In this document: positions 38,219-51,900 of the stretch, in pieces
Position numbering within the stretch: position 1 is the stretch's first letter
How the letters are laid out: the number at the start of each line of letters is the position of its first letter
Assembly (NCBI GenBank): GCA_022605425.2
Contig: CM061247.1
Location: 1,736,001-1,800,000, forward strand
Source: Hamiltosporidium tvaerminnensis FI-OER-3-3
Taxonomy: Eukaryota > Fungi > Microsporidia
Direction: 5' to 3'
Length of the DNA stretch: 64,000 nucleotides
Translations under genes and position numbers: made by a program
The notes under the pieces: model-generated
Databases searched by the model: none
What the model was told of the DNA's origin: nothing
The model's input: the letters and a program-made list of their open reading frames with translations, nothing else

Positions 38219-38723
38219 GAATCATCTTCAGAATATTTTTATAATTTAACTTTCATTCTTAATGATCAGATAATTCTATTTTACCAAGTGGAATATTTTT
38301 TAAGATATTGCAATAATTTTTAATTGTATGGGATTCTATTACTATTGACTTCGCATTCTAAATTGTCACTATTATTCTTATTACAAAATTCGACTATAAT
38401 GCTATTCCATTGATTAAAATTCTATAATTTTATGTTTATAGCCATACTACCAATTAAAAGATGTAATGTGTAACATAGTTTCAAATTCGATTTGATGGAG
38501 CAATCTTTTAGAAATTTGATTTGTTAGTTTTTCTCCATTTTTTATAGAGTAAAAAGTTTTTAATTGATTCTTTTTTTAAAGAAACATTTTAATTTTGAAT
38601 TACTCATTTGAGTAGTCTTGCTATCATAAAATGACCAATCAGGAGTTGATAATAATATCTAATCATTCGATGGATATTATTGGTTATTAAAATTACCAAT
38701 ATTTTTTATTTAAGTAAAAAAAG

Positions 38724-39497
38724 ATGAGTCTTCCAGATATGAACGAAAATATAATTTACGAAACAGATGAAAGTAATGAAATGTCTAAGAAACAGCCGGG
38801 TGAAAAAATATTTCTAAAAACCAAATTTGAAAGTGATGTAAAATGTAAAATATGCTATTTATATCGAAATCCAATAGATTCTACATGTGATCTTATATCA
38901 CCATGTGGATGTAAAGGATCTATAAAATATGTTCATAAAACATGTTTAAAATTGTGGCGATTCAAAGGAAAAAATCTTCGCGAAATAAAAAAATGTGAGC
39001 AGTGTTTTTGTGAATATAAAATTGATGAAGATTTAATACCGCATCAATATTTGATTCGATTGACATCTATATTTGCAATGACTGTTATATTTCTTTCATC
39101 GAACTTTATAATTAATTCGTTTGGAGATGCCATAGCACTTATATCTGACGAGTCTAATAATTTGGAGCAAGAAATGATATATTGTATTTTTAAACCAAAA
39201 CCACAAAAAATACCCAACTTTTTTCAAAATTTTCGATTTTTAAATGATAAAGAAAATTTTAAAATAGGATATTTAGCTTCAACTGTGATTGCAATCATGT
39301 TTTACCAAATCGTTTTTAGATTTAAATTTTTCCCCGTTTTTAATTATATTTTTACAATTTGGAGAATTTTTCATTTCGATTTCACAATCGATTACTTTAT
39401 TTTATATATCATGAGTTTTTATTACACCAAAATGATGTACAATGATATATATGAGCAAACAGATTATATATTTGTGTTTTTATTAAATTATAGATAG
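38724..39497 (+). CDS. RING-CH membrane E3 ubiquitin ligase, copy B
   Basis: Paralog of 26300-27079 with an identical RING domain and a different N-terminus and loop. Confidence 0.9.
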   Translation: MSLPDMNENIIYETDESNEMSKKQPGEKIFLKTKFESDVKCKICYLYRNPIDSTCDLISPCGCKGSIKYVHKTCLKLWRFKGKNLREIKKCEQCFCEYKIDEDLIPHQYLIRLTSIFAMTVIFLSSNFIINSFGDAIALISDESNNLEQEMIYCIFKPKPQKIPNFFQNFRFLNDKENFKIGYLASTVIAIMFYQIVFRFKFFPVFNYIFTIWRIFHFDFTIDYFILYIMSFYYTKMMYNDIYEQTDYIFVFLLNYR

Positions 39498-39568
39498 AGT
39501 AAAGGAAATAAATATTTTTAAAATGGCGAATTGAAGTTTTTTTGCAAATTTTTTTTAAAGAATATTTT

Positions 39569-40114
39569 TTATTTTTTAAGAAGGTTTCTGATTTTATTAT
39601 AAGATTTCAATAAATATAGATCTGCAAAATCTGGTTTATTCGAAATTCGCTCTATTCTTTTTTCCTTCTTTGTTAATTTTCTGTTACTTTTCATGTTTTC
39701 TTTCAGAATCAGAATAAAAAAATCTAAAATTATTAGAAATATAATTCCCATTATAATACCAGAGATCATAGTAAATCTTTTCGATTCCTTGATTGGTTTA
39801 CTAAATATAGCATTGTTGAGAATTCCATCATAAAAAATTCTTTTGGTTTTTATAATGTTATATCCTTCTGTTAAAATATGATCAGATTCAAATTTAGACA
39901 TTTTCAACTTCGGAAACGGGTTTTCATTCTTCATCATTTTTGCGTATCTTTTTCTTATTGAACGAAAAGATGCGTTTTCAGAAACACCAAACATTTCATA
40001 AAAAGTTTTGAAATTTGTTTTGTTCTGTAATCTTTCTATACTTTTCAAAACAAATCCATAATTATCCTCCAAACAGTAGGTTGTAGAAGATATAAAATAG
40101 AGAAAATATAACAT
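39569..40114 (-). CDS. DnaJ-domain membrane protein, copy B
   Basis: Paralog of 25681-26226, with the same length and the same CCC start context. Confidence 0.8.
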   Translation of the reverse strand: MLYFLYFISSTTYCLEDNYGFVLKSIERLQNKTNFKTFYEMFGVSENASFRSIRKRYAKMMKNENPFPKLKMSKFESDHILTEGYNIIKTKRIFYDGILNNAIFSKPIKESKRFTMISGIIMGIIFLIILDFFILILKENMKSNRKLTKKEKRIERISNKPDFADLYLLKSYNKIRNLLKK

Positions 40115-41251
40115 AATTTTATGGGTAATAAATTTATTTCCATTATAATAGATTTCATAATTTAAACGCAAGTATTAAACGCCAAATAAAATAATAAAAA
40201 TCAAGGGGTAAAGTGAATATATATGAGCGAGTTATGAATCTTCAGAAACGACGAAGTCGATTTATCTAAAAATGTTTGTTTGGTTTGTGAAGTAATAAAC
40301 AAATAATACTGTCTCGATTATGAATGACTCCTATGTTTCGTTCATAAAACTTTACAATCCATAATAGTGTGTAAAAGTTGAATCTAAAAAATTTAAGACA
40401 TTTGATGAAGCAAAAAAATATATTCAGAATAATTTAAACATTTTTTTATATTATAGTTCATCACAATTAAACCAGCGGCGATAAATATGTTTATAATTTC
40501 TGATTTATATTTTAAAAATTAAGATCTAATGTAATATATCTAAAGGAATTTCTTTTTGAGCTTTTTTTTACTAATATTTAAAAATTTTCTGCAGAATTAT
40601 GTTGTATTCATAACTCGTTATATCATTACTAACAAAAAAAATAAAGGTAAAATGAGCCATGCGACTCAATTAGCAAGGATAAAATTATAGAGCTCGATTT
40701 TTTCCCCTTAAATCAAAAATTAGCGGAGAAACATATCTAAAAGGCCAAAAATTATTTCAAATTTTTACTGCCTTATAAAAACTTAGCATTACTTGAAATT
40801 ACTCGACTAGTTTGAAGTAAAGTGTAAATTTAATGCAGTTACGGAGTTGAATCGAACAAAGTATCATTTTAAAATGATAGCATATGCTGATGTTTATTAT
40901 AATAAAATCGAGATTTTTCTTTCTTTCTAAGCTTTGAGAAACAACATACAAAAAAGACGAGATTATAAATTTCTGAGACTGGTATTTTGAGTTTCGAGCA
41001 GCTTATTGGTGATGAATTTTCGCATTAAATTGAACAAAAAAGAGCATATTTTGGAAAAAAAATATCTTACAGAAGTATAAAATATAGAATCGATAATGAT
41101 TAAAAGAGTGTAATCTCTCTTATTTATATTTTCTTTTATTTTTTACGTTTTATTATTTCTCCATCATTTTAAAAAAAGATTATTATAATGTTAATTAGAT
41201 GAGAAATAAATTAAAATAATACCAGGAATTCTTATTATTGTTTTTCATTCT

Positions 41252-41975
41252 GTCGAGGGAATATAACCACATAAAAAAATTTCTGCTTGTAATGAATACG
41301 TGAAACGGGTGTGAGGATCATTGTTTAGATTTTTGGTGGGAATAAAACCAAACTACCTCTTCGGTTGTTCCATGGAAGGTATGATGAAGAGGAGAGGTCA
41401 AAGAAACAGCGAAACTTTTTCTATAAATTTATTTGTAGTTTTTTATGTAACTAAATTGTAGACACACCATGAACATGTAGGTAATTGCCATGTAAAAGCA
41501 TGGAAACCTAGCCTTGCTCACTCGGGTTAGAAGACTTAGCGCCTGGGAGATATAAAAATAAAAACAATTTAAAGCTGGGAGAGCTAAGTAACAGGTTATA
41601 CCTGTTGGTATGACATTGCACTGTCTAGGTGGACCCAATGTAAGTCTGAAATATATCTTAGCTAGAAGTTTCTTGGGTTCAGAAAGTTTAGAGTAAGTGG
41701 GAATGCTGCATAGTCTTGGGAGGGCAGGGAGGTCTTCGGCCTTCGATCACACTCTATGCAACGGACATTAACGAACTCCGGGCAACAGCCTCGCCTAGTA
41801 ATTAGGTTCTACACACCTGGTATATGAAAGGCTTTCGGACGTAGGTATCGCGGGGTTTACCGATGGAGTGTTGGTGTAACAGTCATTTATTTTAAACCCA
41901 GAACTGCGTTAATGTCATGCGAAAAATATAACTCTAACCACTGTTTTTAAAAAAGGTATATTTTTTAACTAAAAG
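41252..41975 (+). mobile_element. ~730-bp retroposon, copy 8
   Basis: Full-length collinear copy. Confidence 0.9.
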
Positions 41976-42182
41976 CCATAATTATTTTTTTTAAAATAGA
42001 AAATATTGTCAAAAGCTTGATAATTTTGAAATAAAGAGCATAAAATAGATTCGATTACTGTTATTTCACTTTTGAATCTCCGTCTTACTATCTAAACATA
42101 AATTTCTTGATTATTTTGTATAGCTATTTTATCAACTTTTTAGCAAATTTTAAGAAGCTAAGAGAGAAGCTATAACTATGTA

Positions 42183-42397
42183 CTTACATATTCCTGTCCA
42201 CTTTTACCTGTCGGTGTCGAGGATGAACAAATGAAAATTTCTATTTGTTTTTTAAATTGCTATACCCGAGTATTATAAGTAATCGACCGATAGTCCAGCG
42301 TGGTTAGTATCCTATCAAAATTTAAACAATAATTTTCAAACATTATAGACAATCATTGCCAAACAGATAGTTTTAAATGTCGTTATACTCCTTTGAC
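42183..42397 (-). mobile_element. ~220-bp SINE (shared head, RTE tail), copy 3
   Basis: Reverse complement head AAAACTATCTGTTTGGCAATGA and tail TTCATCCTCGACACCGACAGGTAAAAGTGGACAGGAATATGTAAG. TSD TAACTATGTA at 42173-42182 and 42401-42410. Confidence 0.78.
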
Positions 42398-43657
42398 TTT
42401 TAACTATGTAAATAGCCTTAATTTATCTCGATTGTAATATTTTCGATGCTTCTTTTAACTAAAAAGCCACAAATTACTCCGTAGTGACTATGCACACGAC
42501 AATTAATGCTTTTTTTGCCTTTCTGTGTGTATTTTATTTCTATATTTAATTATAGATGTATAAACAATTATTGTTGAATTTTTAAAGTAATTTTGTACCT
42601 GCTAAATTAAAAGTTTTGAATAAACAAAACTACTAACCTTTATAAGTATTAATTATCACAACATGATATCTCTAAAAGATCCTCTAAATTAATTGATCCC
42701 TGCAAAATGTAGACAGAATGGAATGAAAACAGATCGTAAAGTTAAATTAGCAAATAGGAAATAATGAGATAAAGCTGCTTAAAAATTAAATACCAATAAA
42801 AAAGGGTTGAAAATTTATGGTTATCAAAAATATCTTTAAATTATTGTAAAACCCTCAGATGTTGCTAAAGACAGGTTTGAAAGACTTAAAATACATTAGT
42901 AAGCAAGTTAGATAAAGCCTTAAAAGCCGGTTTTAACGATTTAGAACTCATGGGCTAGATAACTAAGCTTAAGATGACAAAACTATTTTCTTTTTATTTT
43001 TCTTCTCTTGAATGTAAAATTATGCACGTTTCTTTTAGCAAAAACACCAGTTTTCACAGCAGTAAATTAAAGAAATATCCTAAATACAATGAATAAAGTC
43101 GGCGAATTTTAATATTTGCAAATAAATTTCCAAAAGTCAGAATAAAAACAACCAATATTTAATAATTTTTTTTGTTGTATTTTTCATTTATATGCTATAA
43201 ATTAAGTTGTTTCTTTATAAAAATAAGAAATAATACGCAAAAAGGATTAAATAAATTTTAAGTATGAGATTCAATATTTTTAGTCAATTATGGGAAAAAA
43301 TTATATAACATAATCAAAATTAGGTTAAAGGTTTAATTTTAAAGGATTTCAACGATAAAATTGAAAAAATAAACAACTCTATCAAAAGAAGTATTCGAAG
43401 AACTAAAAAAACAATAAAATTTATCTAATTTGAATATATTAAAAAAATATTTTTAATTTGAAAGAAATGTCAAAATTATATATGACTGATATATTTAAAA
43501 GATCAAATGATAAATTAAAAAAACTTTTTATGTAATTTATTACATCAAAGCAATCATTAAATAGCAAAAAAAGGAAAACTAATGACCTTCGCATTTAATC
43601 AAAGAATAATTTACCTATTAGAGAATGTTCTTTATAACTGAAAATTAGGCAAATACC

Positions 43658-44227
43658 ATGAAACTTTATAACATTAATGAATGTCTTGAAAACAATCAAG
43701 AGAATATTCAAAATAGAAGAAAAATGTACTGGAAAACCAAAGAAGCACTTAGAAGAGCAGATCGAACCAAAATCGATCTAAAGAATATCGAAATGATAGA
43801 ATTATTATTAAATATAGAAAAAAATGTATATTTTAAAGAAGAAAGACAAATAGAAACTTATCCAGAATTCATGCAGAGATGCAAAAGTAATTTTTTAAAA
43901 GACTTTATTTGCTGTAATAATATATTTACTGATTTCGATACGTATGTATTGCACGTTCAAAAATACCATCAAACGGAGATAGAAGCTAAAAATCAGTCTT
44001 CTATAAATAATTACGAGAACTTTCAACTTTTGAATTACGATTTTTCCAACTTTCAAATACCAGAGTTAAATTTATTAAATGAGAAACCATATTTTGGAAT
44101 CAAAAAACCATATCCGTGTAAAGTAAAAGGTTGTTATAAAAGTTATAAAAATCCAAACGGATTAAAATATCACATGATTCATCATCATTCAAATATTTTA
44201 AAGGATCAAAAAGAAAATTACAGTTAA
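43658..44227 (+). CDS. Sfp1-like C2H2 zinc-finger transcription factor, copy B
   Basis: Differs from copy A at 4 of 189 aa in the provided translations. Confidence 0.85.
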   Translation: MKLYNINECLENNQENIQNRRKMYWKTKEALRRADRTKIDLKNIEMIELLLNIEKNVYFKEERQIETYPEFMQRCKSNFLKDFICCNNIFTDFDTYVLHVQKYHQTEIEAKNQSSINNYENFQLLNYDFSNFQIPELNLLNEKPYFGIKKPYPCKVKGCYKSYKNPNGLKYHMIHHHSNILKDQKENYS

Positions 44228-47200
44228 ATGATTAAAAATTTGTTATTATGATTTAAACTTTGTTTCTTTTTTGATATAGTTCCATCATTCTTAAAATTCT
44301 GATAATTTCATGCAATTATCAGGAAAAACTTTATTTTTGACGCATTTTATCACATAATCTCGAATTATTAAGCAATCTTAACTTAACAATCCCTTTTAAA
44401 TTATTAATTTTATCATTAAGATATCTATTTTTTGAAAAATATTTTAAATTTTATAATTTTTGTTGGATTCAACTCTTCAGAATACAAATAAAAACCAAAT
44501 TTCTAATTTTTTTTTCCTAAATCGTTTATTTTCTAGTTTTGATCCACACCAAACCTTCGCAATTTCGCGCTTTGTATTTCATAGCTACACTCATGCGCGG
44601 CTTTTACAATTATTTCATTACAATTGAGCTTTCTTCAAAAGTATTGACCGGAACAAACTAATTTAAATTCTTTATAATCGCGGCTCATTTCTGCTTTGCA
44701 AAGTAAAGCATGTTTTTTTTGCTTTGAAACTATTTTCGATTTTTTATAAATTATATCTAAGCTTTATATTGGCTATTGAAGGTGCTTCTTTCATTATCTG
44801 TGAAATAATAAAAAAAAGCTAGAGAAGATTTTTATTATTTAGGATAAGATATGAATCAACGATATGATACAATATGGCATAAAATTGCATAATTATACGC
44901 AATTTGCTTAAAAAAGTTTTACTTTGGCCTACATCAACAGCGAAAAAAAGACTTGCACTTCAGCGACTGTCAAATTCAAAGAAAGGCAATGGCTTCGTAA
45001 CAAATCGAAGTAGTTACGAGTATCAAACAGAGGTTTCTAGCTTATCAATTAACCGAAATTTACTAGAAAATCATTCAATAAGATTAAAAAGTAATTCAGT
45101 AAGACACGAAAACATATAATCTGTGTTTTATGCAACAAACCCAAAGGGAATATTCTCCAAATGTCTGTATAGTTGGCGCCAAGTTGTGTTTAAGACGAGA
45201 ACATCAAGAAAATGTACTAATAAAGATGGTCGTTCGTTTCCAAGAGCCTACCTATATTACTTATTTACGTAAGAAAACGCCGGAAAATACCATTTGAGAA
45301 ATTTCAAGATCTGTATCATTCCGAGCAGGTGTTATATATAAACGAAAATAAAATATTCCAAAAGAATAATTCATCGAACGACAATTTTTTGAGAATGTTA
45401 CAAAACCGTGGTTTAGACGTTTATAGAGATTTCTTATTCTAATTATTGAATAACTGCTGTTGTATTTATGCACAGGCCGCCTCTATTCATCAGAGTTGAA
45501 CTTTAGAGCCTTGGAGAATAGAAATCAAAAGCCATAACTATGTATTGTATGAGCAACAAAAAAGGTTAAAACCTTTAAAAACTTAATTAAGAATAATATA
45601 TGCAGGAGTTAACCATTCCATAATACAAGGTAATTACTCTGATAAAAATACAATGATAAAGAAGCTACTAAACACAATTTGAACGTTAAGCGTAATTATG
45701 ATTCTACAGAATTTTTACAATTAAGATTTCTCTTTGAACAATACCAGCTAATTTAATTATAAATCGTAAGGTTATTGGGGTTTTAGTAGCTTGCTCATGC
45801 AAAACACTTAAAAGCATTTCTTAAAATATATAGACAGTATGAAAAATCACAATTAGAAGATACTGACAGAGTTATATTATCGCGAGCTGGTTAAAATCAT
45901 TTGGCAAATTCAAAGCTACATTACAGCAGAAACGGTGCAAAGCGCAGAAATAATTCGTAGCAGTATTCGCAATAAATTCAAAGATTTTATATAGAAGAAG
46001 GAAAAAATACTCCGATAGATAGCACAGGTACTGGTTCTGCCAAAAGAGAAGGTTTCGGGAATATGAACTGCTGTGAAATATTCAAAGATCTAGAGATTTC
46101 AGTTCATTAGAACGGTAAAAAAATCTCTTAACCGATAGAGTAACAAAATTAAGGGATCAATAAGCAGAAAAAACTTCCTGAAATTCGTGATGAGAGCATT
46201 TACCACACCTTAAAGAATTTCTCTACATCTTAATAAGATACAAAGCTGTTCAAAATAAAAATATGATTGGTATATGAGATCTAGAAATGAGTATATTTGA
46301 GTTCTGGACCGTAAACCCGGAGTATATTAACCCTTAAAATAACGATTTCAAAAATTACAGAAATAGCGTCTGATGCTGAGCATAAAAATGTTTTTTTCAA
46401 CGCTTACACAGAATAAATCGAAAAAAATCAGCTCATTTATTAAATCTGGAATTCTTAGCTGTGCTTTATACTCTTAAGCCATTCTATAGATTATTGATTG
46501 TGTAAAAAAAATATTAAAGTAATATGCCAAAATCGCAATAGATATGCAATGAAATAATACAAAAAATAATTGATCGTTAGAATATCAGATATGTACCATT
46601 TCCCCTCTTTTTCAATAATTAAAACGATACGCGCGTAATACGGAACCAGAAAACATCTTTTCATGTTTAGAAGATCTAAAAATACATTTTTAAATTATAA
46701 ATTTAACTAACATATCCCAAATACGTGAATTTTCAATTATTAAAAATTAATTTACTTTTCACGAATTTGATAATTGAAATGAGGTCTGAAGCCAATTGCT
46801 CGCATTAAACAAAAGTTTACTGATATCATAAAAGCACCATGTTACTATAAGTTTTAAAATACGATCTCCCACAAATATTGAAATAGTTTCAAGAACTAAA
46901 AAGGTATTAAACTTATAGATTTAATTATTACTAATAAGAAATAAAACAATACGGTTTTATATATTATGAAATACCTACTTGTCTGCTTCTCGTGCAAATT
47001 TAATTTTTCTTTAACTAAAAATATACCAAATTGTTTGTTTCGATATATTTCGGCGCTTGATTTATGTGTAATTTTATTTTTTTCTGATATAAAATGTAAA
47101 TTAATAAAGTACAATAGCTACAACGAAAGTATATATTTATGCTTAATCCATTTATTATTTAGTTAGCGTGTTTTTAATTTCTAAAGAAATATTATCTCGC

Positions 47201-47619
47201 TGCCTTTTGACTTAGAATTGTTTATCTGATCAAATATCAAAACCATTATAATTATATGTCATGATTTGATCGAAACGCAAAAGCTAGATATATTATATAT
47301 AACCTTGAGATGCTTTGGGTTAGAATCATAAATTTTTATATTAGTTGCTTGGTCTAAAATTCTTTAAAATTTATAAATAATATTCTCTTTCTTTAAAATT
47401 AAAGCTGATAAAGTTTGACTGCATACTAAAAAATATTTTTACGGCGCAAAAATATAAATAATTTTATCATATTAATAGAATTATATTCATTGATTCATTC
47501 TACACAGATAAAACAAACCTCGGGTGCTTAATAGTGGCAGCAAATCTTTTATTGACAATGCTATACTCAGTCCGGGTTTTAGTTTCTTTTTTAATCTTAA
47601 TTTAAAAACGTAAAATGTA

Positions 47620-48908
47620 TTTTTATTTAATAAAATTCTGGGTTAAAATATTTTTTAACATTTTTATATGTTTTCTTCTACCTCTTTAACCACTATTGTC
47701 TCTTCTTCCAAATCCGACTCTTCATTTATGTTATTGGTCGGTTCCTCTAAAGTGGTTCCTCCTTGTAAAATAAAGGGTGCTTTATATTTTAGTTTAAATT
47801 TTTTTGCACCATCTTCCTCTGTTTTCGATTCTTTTAAAGATGGTATTGGTTCCTCATGCATCTCTGATCTCATAATAACACCCAATGACGCTCTCTCTCA
47901 GCTCTATTCGGCATTTAGTCCTGACTCAAGTCCTCTTCGTCGATCAAAGAAATTGTTTCGACTGTTTTATTAAGTACTATAGACTGAATGTATGCCTCTA
48001 CATTCATGGGTATTTCTAGTCTTTTAAGATGAGATTTATGGTATTTTGTCACAATACCGTCCCAGGTCATCACATAAGGGATTATCTCAACACTACACTT
48101 ATAAATAAGACCTAACTCATTGGCTAGCAGATCATACTTCCAAAGTTTTTCAGTTTCAACTATTTGAAGTGAATCTTGGGAAGTGATTCCTACTTCAATG
48201 AGTGTTATCTTATTCTTCTTCTTATCTAAAATAAATATGTCGGGTCTGTTATTCCGAATTTTAACATCAGTTTTAATTCTGGTGTCCATTCTTATCTCTG
48301 CATACTCATTATCAAGAATTTCTTTAACTGAGTTACTTCTAATTCGTTTTGAAGACTTAAACTTATATCTCTTTAAGAGAAGTAAATGTAGGCATCTAAC
48401 CACTTCATTATGCCGTCTGGTGTAGTCATGGCCTAGCATTTTTTCACATCGAGTTGCTTGATGATCTATAGTCTTACCAGATTTATTGCAATGTTGACCC
48501 ACACCATCTGCTCCCCAGAATACATTTCTATCCTGAATATAGCAGAACACAGCTTCATTTCGTGGCCTAATATTCCCTCTCCTTAGCCATCTTGAAGAGT
48601 CACTAACACTCACAAGCTCATTTTTTCTTGCATTATATAACTTTGAATGGAGTTTTCGTTTTTCTATTTGTTATATAGATTTGCAAGTTGAGCTTCTTCT
48701 AACCTTTTCTTAATGACTTCTTCTACCAACCTGTACTTTACATTTAAGAAGCCTGTAATTAGTGCAAGATGGGTTTTATTATTTTCTCCACCTTAAGGAT
48801 TGCTGCTCGTCAGTTGATATTTCTTTACTTTTTTCCAGACAATCCAAGAGTTGCAGAAGCATATGTTCGCTTCGCAACTCAACACTATGTAGGCCTCTTC
48901 CAAGTTCA
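47620..48908 (-). mobile_element. 5'-truncated RLE-type (R4/Dong/NeSL-like) non-LTR retrotransposon, frameshifted
   Basis: ELGRGL post-RT motif, a decayed CCHC knuckle (QHC...DH...C), YTRRHN, and RPDI...IEVGI...EK..KY restriction-like endonuclease. Same 3' end as 19105. Confidence 0.93.
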
Positions 48909-51900
48909 TCCATATATAATATCCATATTCTTATTTATCTTATGAATTTAGAAAGATCGGAAGAAAAACATTTGAACCTTTAGTTGCTAATCATAATTCC
49001 GACCAGAATGGATGTATGTTTATTTTATTTCATGACACACAAGCTTTAGACAATAAAAGAATGAAATATTTGAAAACATAAATTTAAAAAGGGTCAATAA
49101 ATGAAACAATTTTTTTTTACTTTCTTTCTATCAAATGCATTTGTGTTTTATCGAAAAGAAAATGTATCAAATGCAATTGGCTCTTACTATATATACACAT
49201 GTGAAAAACTCACAGAAAAGAAAGAGCCAATACAGATATTGGAAAATATATAAAGATTATAGTTTTAGAATGAACATGATAAAAAAAGATTTTTCGTAGT
49301 GGATATTGCAGGATGCGGGTAATTTGATGTGATCGATCAGGGGTTAGGGTGTAGATGGTATTGAATGCCCTTTAAAGATTTTCGAAAATATTGCACGCAA
49401 TTCTATTAGAGCGCTGTGTTTGCATGTACATTATTTTTTCCTTCAAACGCAAATTTTCTTTCCGGATACACAGCAGTTCTAAATTCAAAAAACCATACTG
49501 CAATTTAATAGAGACAATTTATTTGAAACAAGGTAGAAGTTATTCTTGCGAAAATCATTTTTATTTAAATAAATATTTAAACGATAACTGTTATACTCAT
49601 TTCATTGTAATTTTTTTTCTATTTTTTCAGAAATTGTAATTCAAACTGTTCTTTGCTCTTATAGTTTTGAATTTTTTATTATTAGACAACATTCTATCAA
49701 GTTTTGCTAAGAAAAATTAAACGAATCAGCCTGAATATATAGACTGAATCAGGTTTTGCAGGTATCAAAATAAAAACTAATATAAAAAAATATTTAACGA
49801 ACGACTTATTAAAGTGTGTTTTTGATATTTTATTAAATGTTATACTTTAAATTGGTAACTAGAGCCCCTAGCTTCTAATTGTAAGATTAAATCTTTCTAT
49901 TGTAATTTTATAAAAAAATTTGAGTTGATCTATATTTTTTGTAAAATATAGATCATATATAAAATTATTTACGAATTCATTATAATATGCATAAGAAGAT
50001 TGTAATATGTCACGCTACGAGAGACAGCAGCATATACAACAAATACATTTACGACGATTAAAATGATAATACTGTTCTTTAGGTAGGCGTGGTAATTCAG
50101 TTGAGCCTTTTAAACTTTAAAATATTCACAAAACTTGTTTTTTTGCTTTTTGAATAAATTTTGAAATAATTTTTAAATTAAATATGGCCCCCATTTTAAT
50201 AAACAACTTCTAGACATAACATACCAAGATTAAGATCGATACATCTGAACGATTTTAATCATAAGTCTAAAATCAACTGGAACATAGAGATATCCCGAGA
50301 AGAATTTAAATAAGAATGGTATGAATTTCTGTTTAAAAGTAGAAGAATGAAACTTTATTCAATTATAGACTTAAAAATTATGTCATTGTCAAGCTTAGAA
50401 AGGAATAATTTTATCCAAAAAAATTCATTCATAATGAAATTAGATTTATTTGCAAAAAAAAGTCTTCTAACTAAATACTAAAAACTTTTTGAATTTGAAC
50501 TTTTAGATATAAAAAACTTTAAGTACTTTTTACTTTGATTTCAAATTAATATAATATGTTTGTATTCAAGGGTTTAGACGCTCGGGGATATTTTCTATTC
50601 TAAAAACGTAATCAATATGTAATTTGTCTTAAAGAAACCTGAATAGTAACATTTATTTTTTTATATGTTTCTTTGGCTTTTTAAATGGATTTCTCACACC
50701 AGGCCTTATTGAATGCAGATATGATAACAAAAATGATTTGCCAGGATTAACTTCAGCATATCAAATAATTGGTTTAAAATCGCTTTTTGACGATCTTTAA
50801 CTTGTTTGCAGAATGAATATAACAACTTTTAAAATCTTCTAAATCCATGAGACATTTCATGCTAAAAAGCTACTAATTCAAATTTTTTAACAAATTTGAA
50901 GCAGAAAGACCATATAAAGTATTCTTTTATTTCCACGAAGCCAAACCAGCGTTCTTCTTCAGTAAAAAAGGTCAAGATATAAGTACGCATTCGAACATTA
51001 AATATATCTAAAGCACCTTTTGTTTTTTCGAAAAAAAAAAAGAATTTGAGAAAATTAGTTGCATTGCCACAAAGCGTTTTAAATATTTGTGATATTTTAT
51101 TTTCAATCTTCTCATTAATCATAATCTATTCTTTTAGCTAGATTCTTGTTAATTATTTTTAAAACATAATACTTTCAAATGTAATTATCTTGGACAAGAT
51201 TCCAATGTATTTTGCTTGTTTAATTAGGTTTTCGCTTCATAAATCTAAAAACTTCATTTTCTTAGTGTTTTTATTGCCATATTATCTGATATGGATTTGT
51301 AATTTTTTATGTTTTATTAAATACTGTTTATAATTGCTTCTTATATTCCTTTTCACTTTTATGTGTCTTGCCTCTATTTTTTTATATTTATTAAACTGTA
51401 ATAAAAATTTGAGAGCTATTTAAGAGTAGAGCTTAGAAGAAAAAAAACAAAATGTAAACTTATAAGCATAGTATATTATTTACAGCCAACTGTGGTACTT
51501 GCACTGTTCTTTAGTATTGAATATTTTTCTTGAATTTAAATTTTTTCATAATTATTCATTATATAACGACTATTGAAATGCATAGATATGGAAAAAAATT
51601 ATCACGCTAAAATTACAGGAACATAGCTTGGTACATGCAAAATATTTTACTAACATATTTAAAAATTATTCGTTAGTTGGAAAGTATTTTTAAATAATAT
51701 ATTTCATCGCTTTGGATATTTTTCGAAATTTTACCCTGTTAGCTACACTATTAGAAAATTTTTCAAAAAAATACGATTTAGCCGGTAAAAAAAATTGCAT
51801 AAAATATACATGATTTCGGATTGAACTTAATTATAAAATCGTCTAATGATCATAATGTATTTTAAAAGTGATTCTAGCTTATATAAAACAATATGTCTTT

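Noticed and set aside
44900-46400. Possible decayed retroelement coding sequence (similar-looking DNA at 5700-6150 and 9000-10300)
   Set aside because: Composition looks formerly coding, but no ordered diagnostic motifs could be read.
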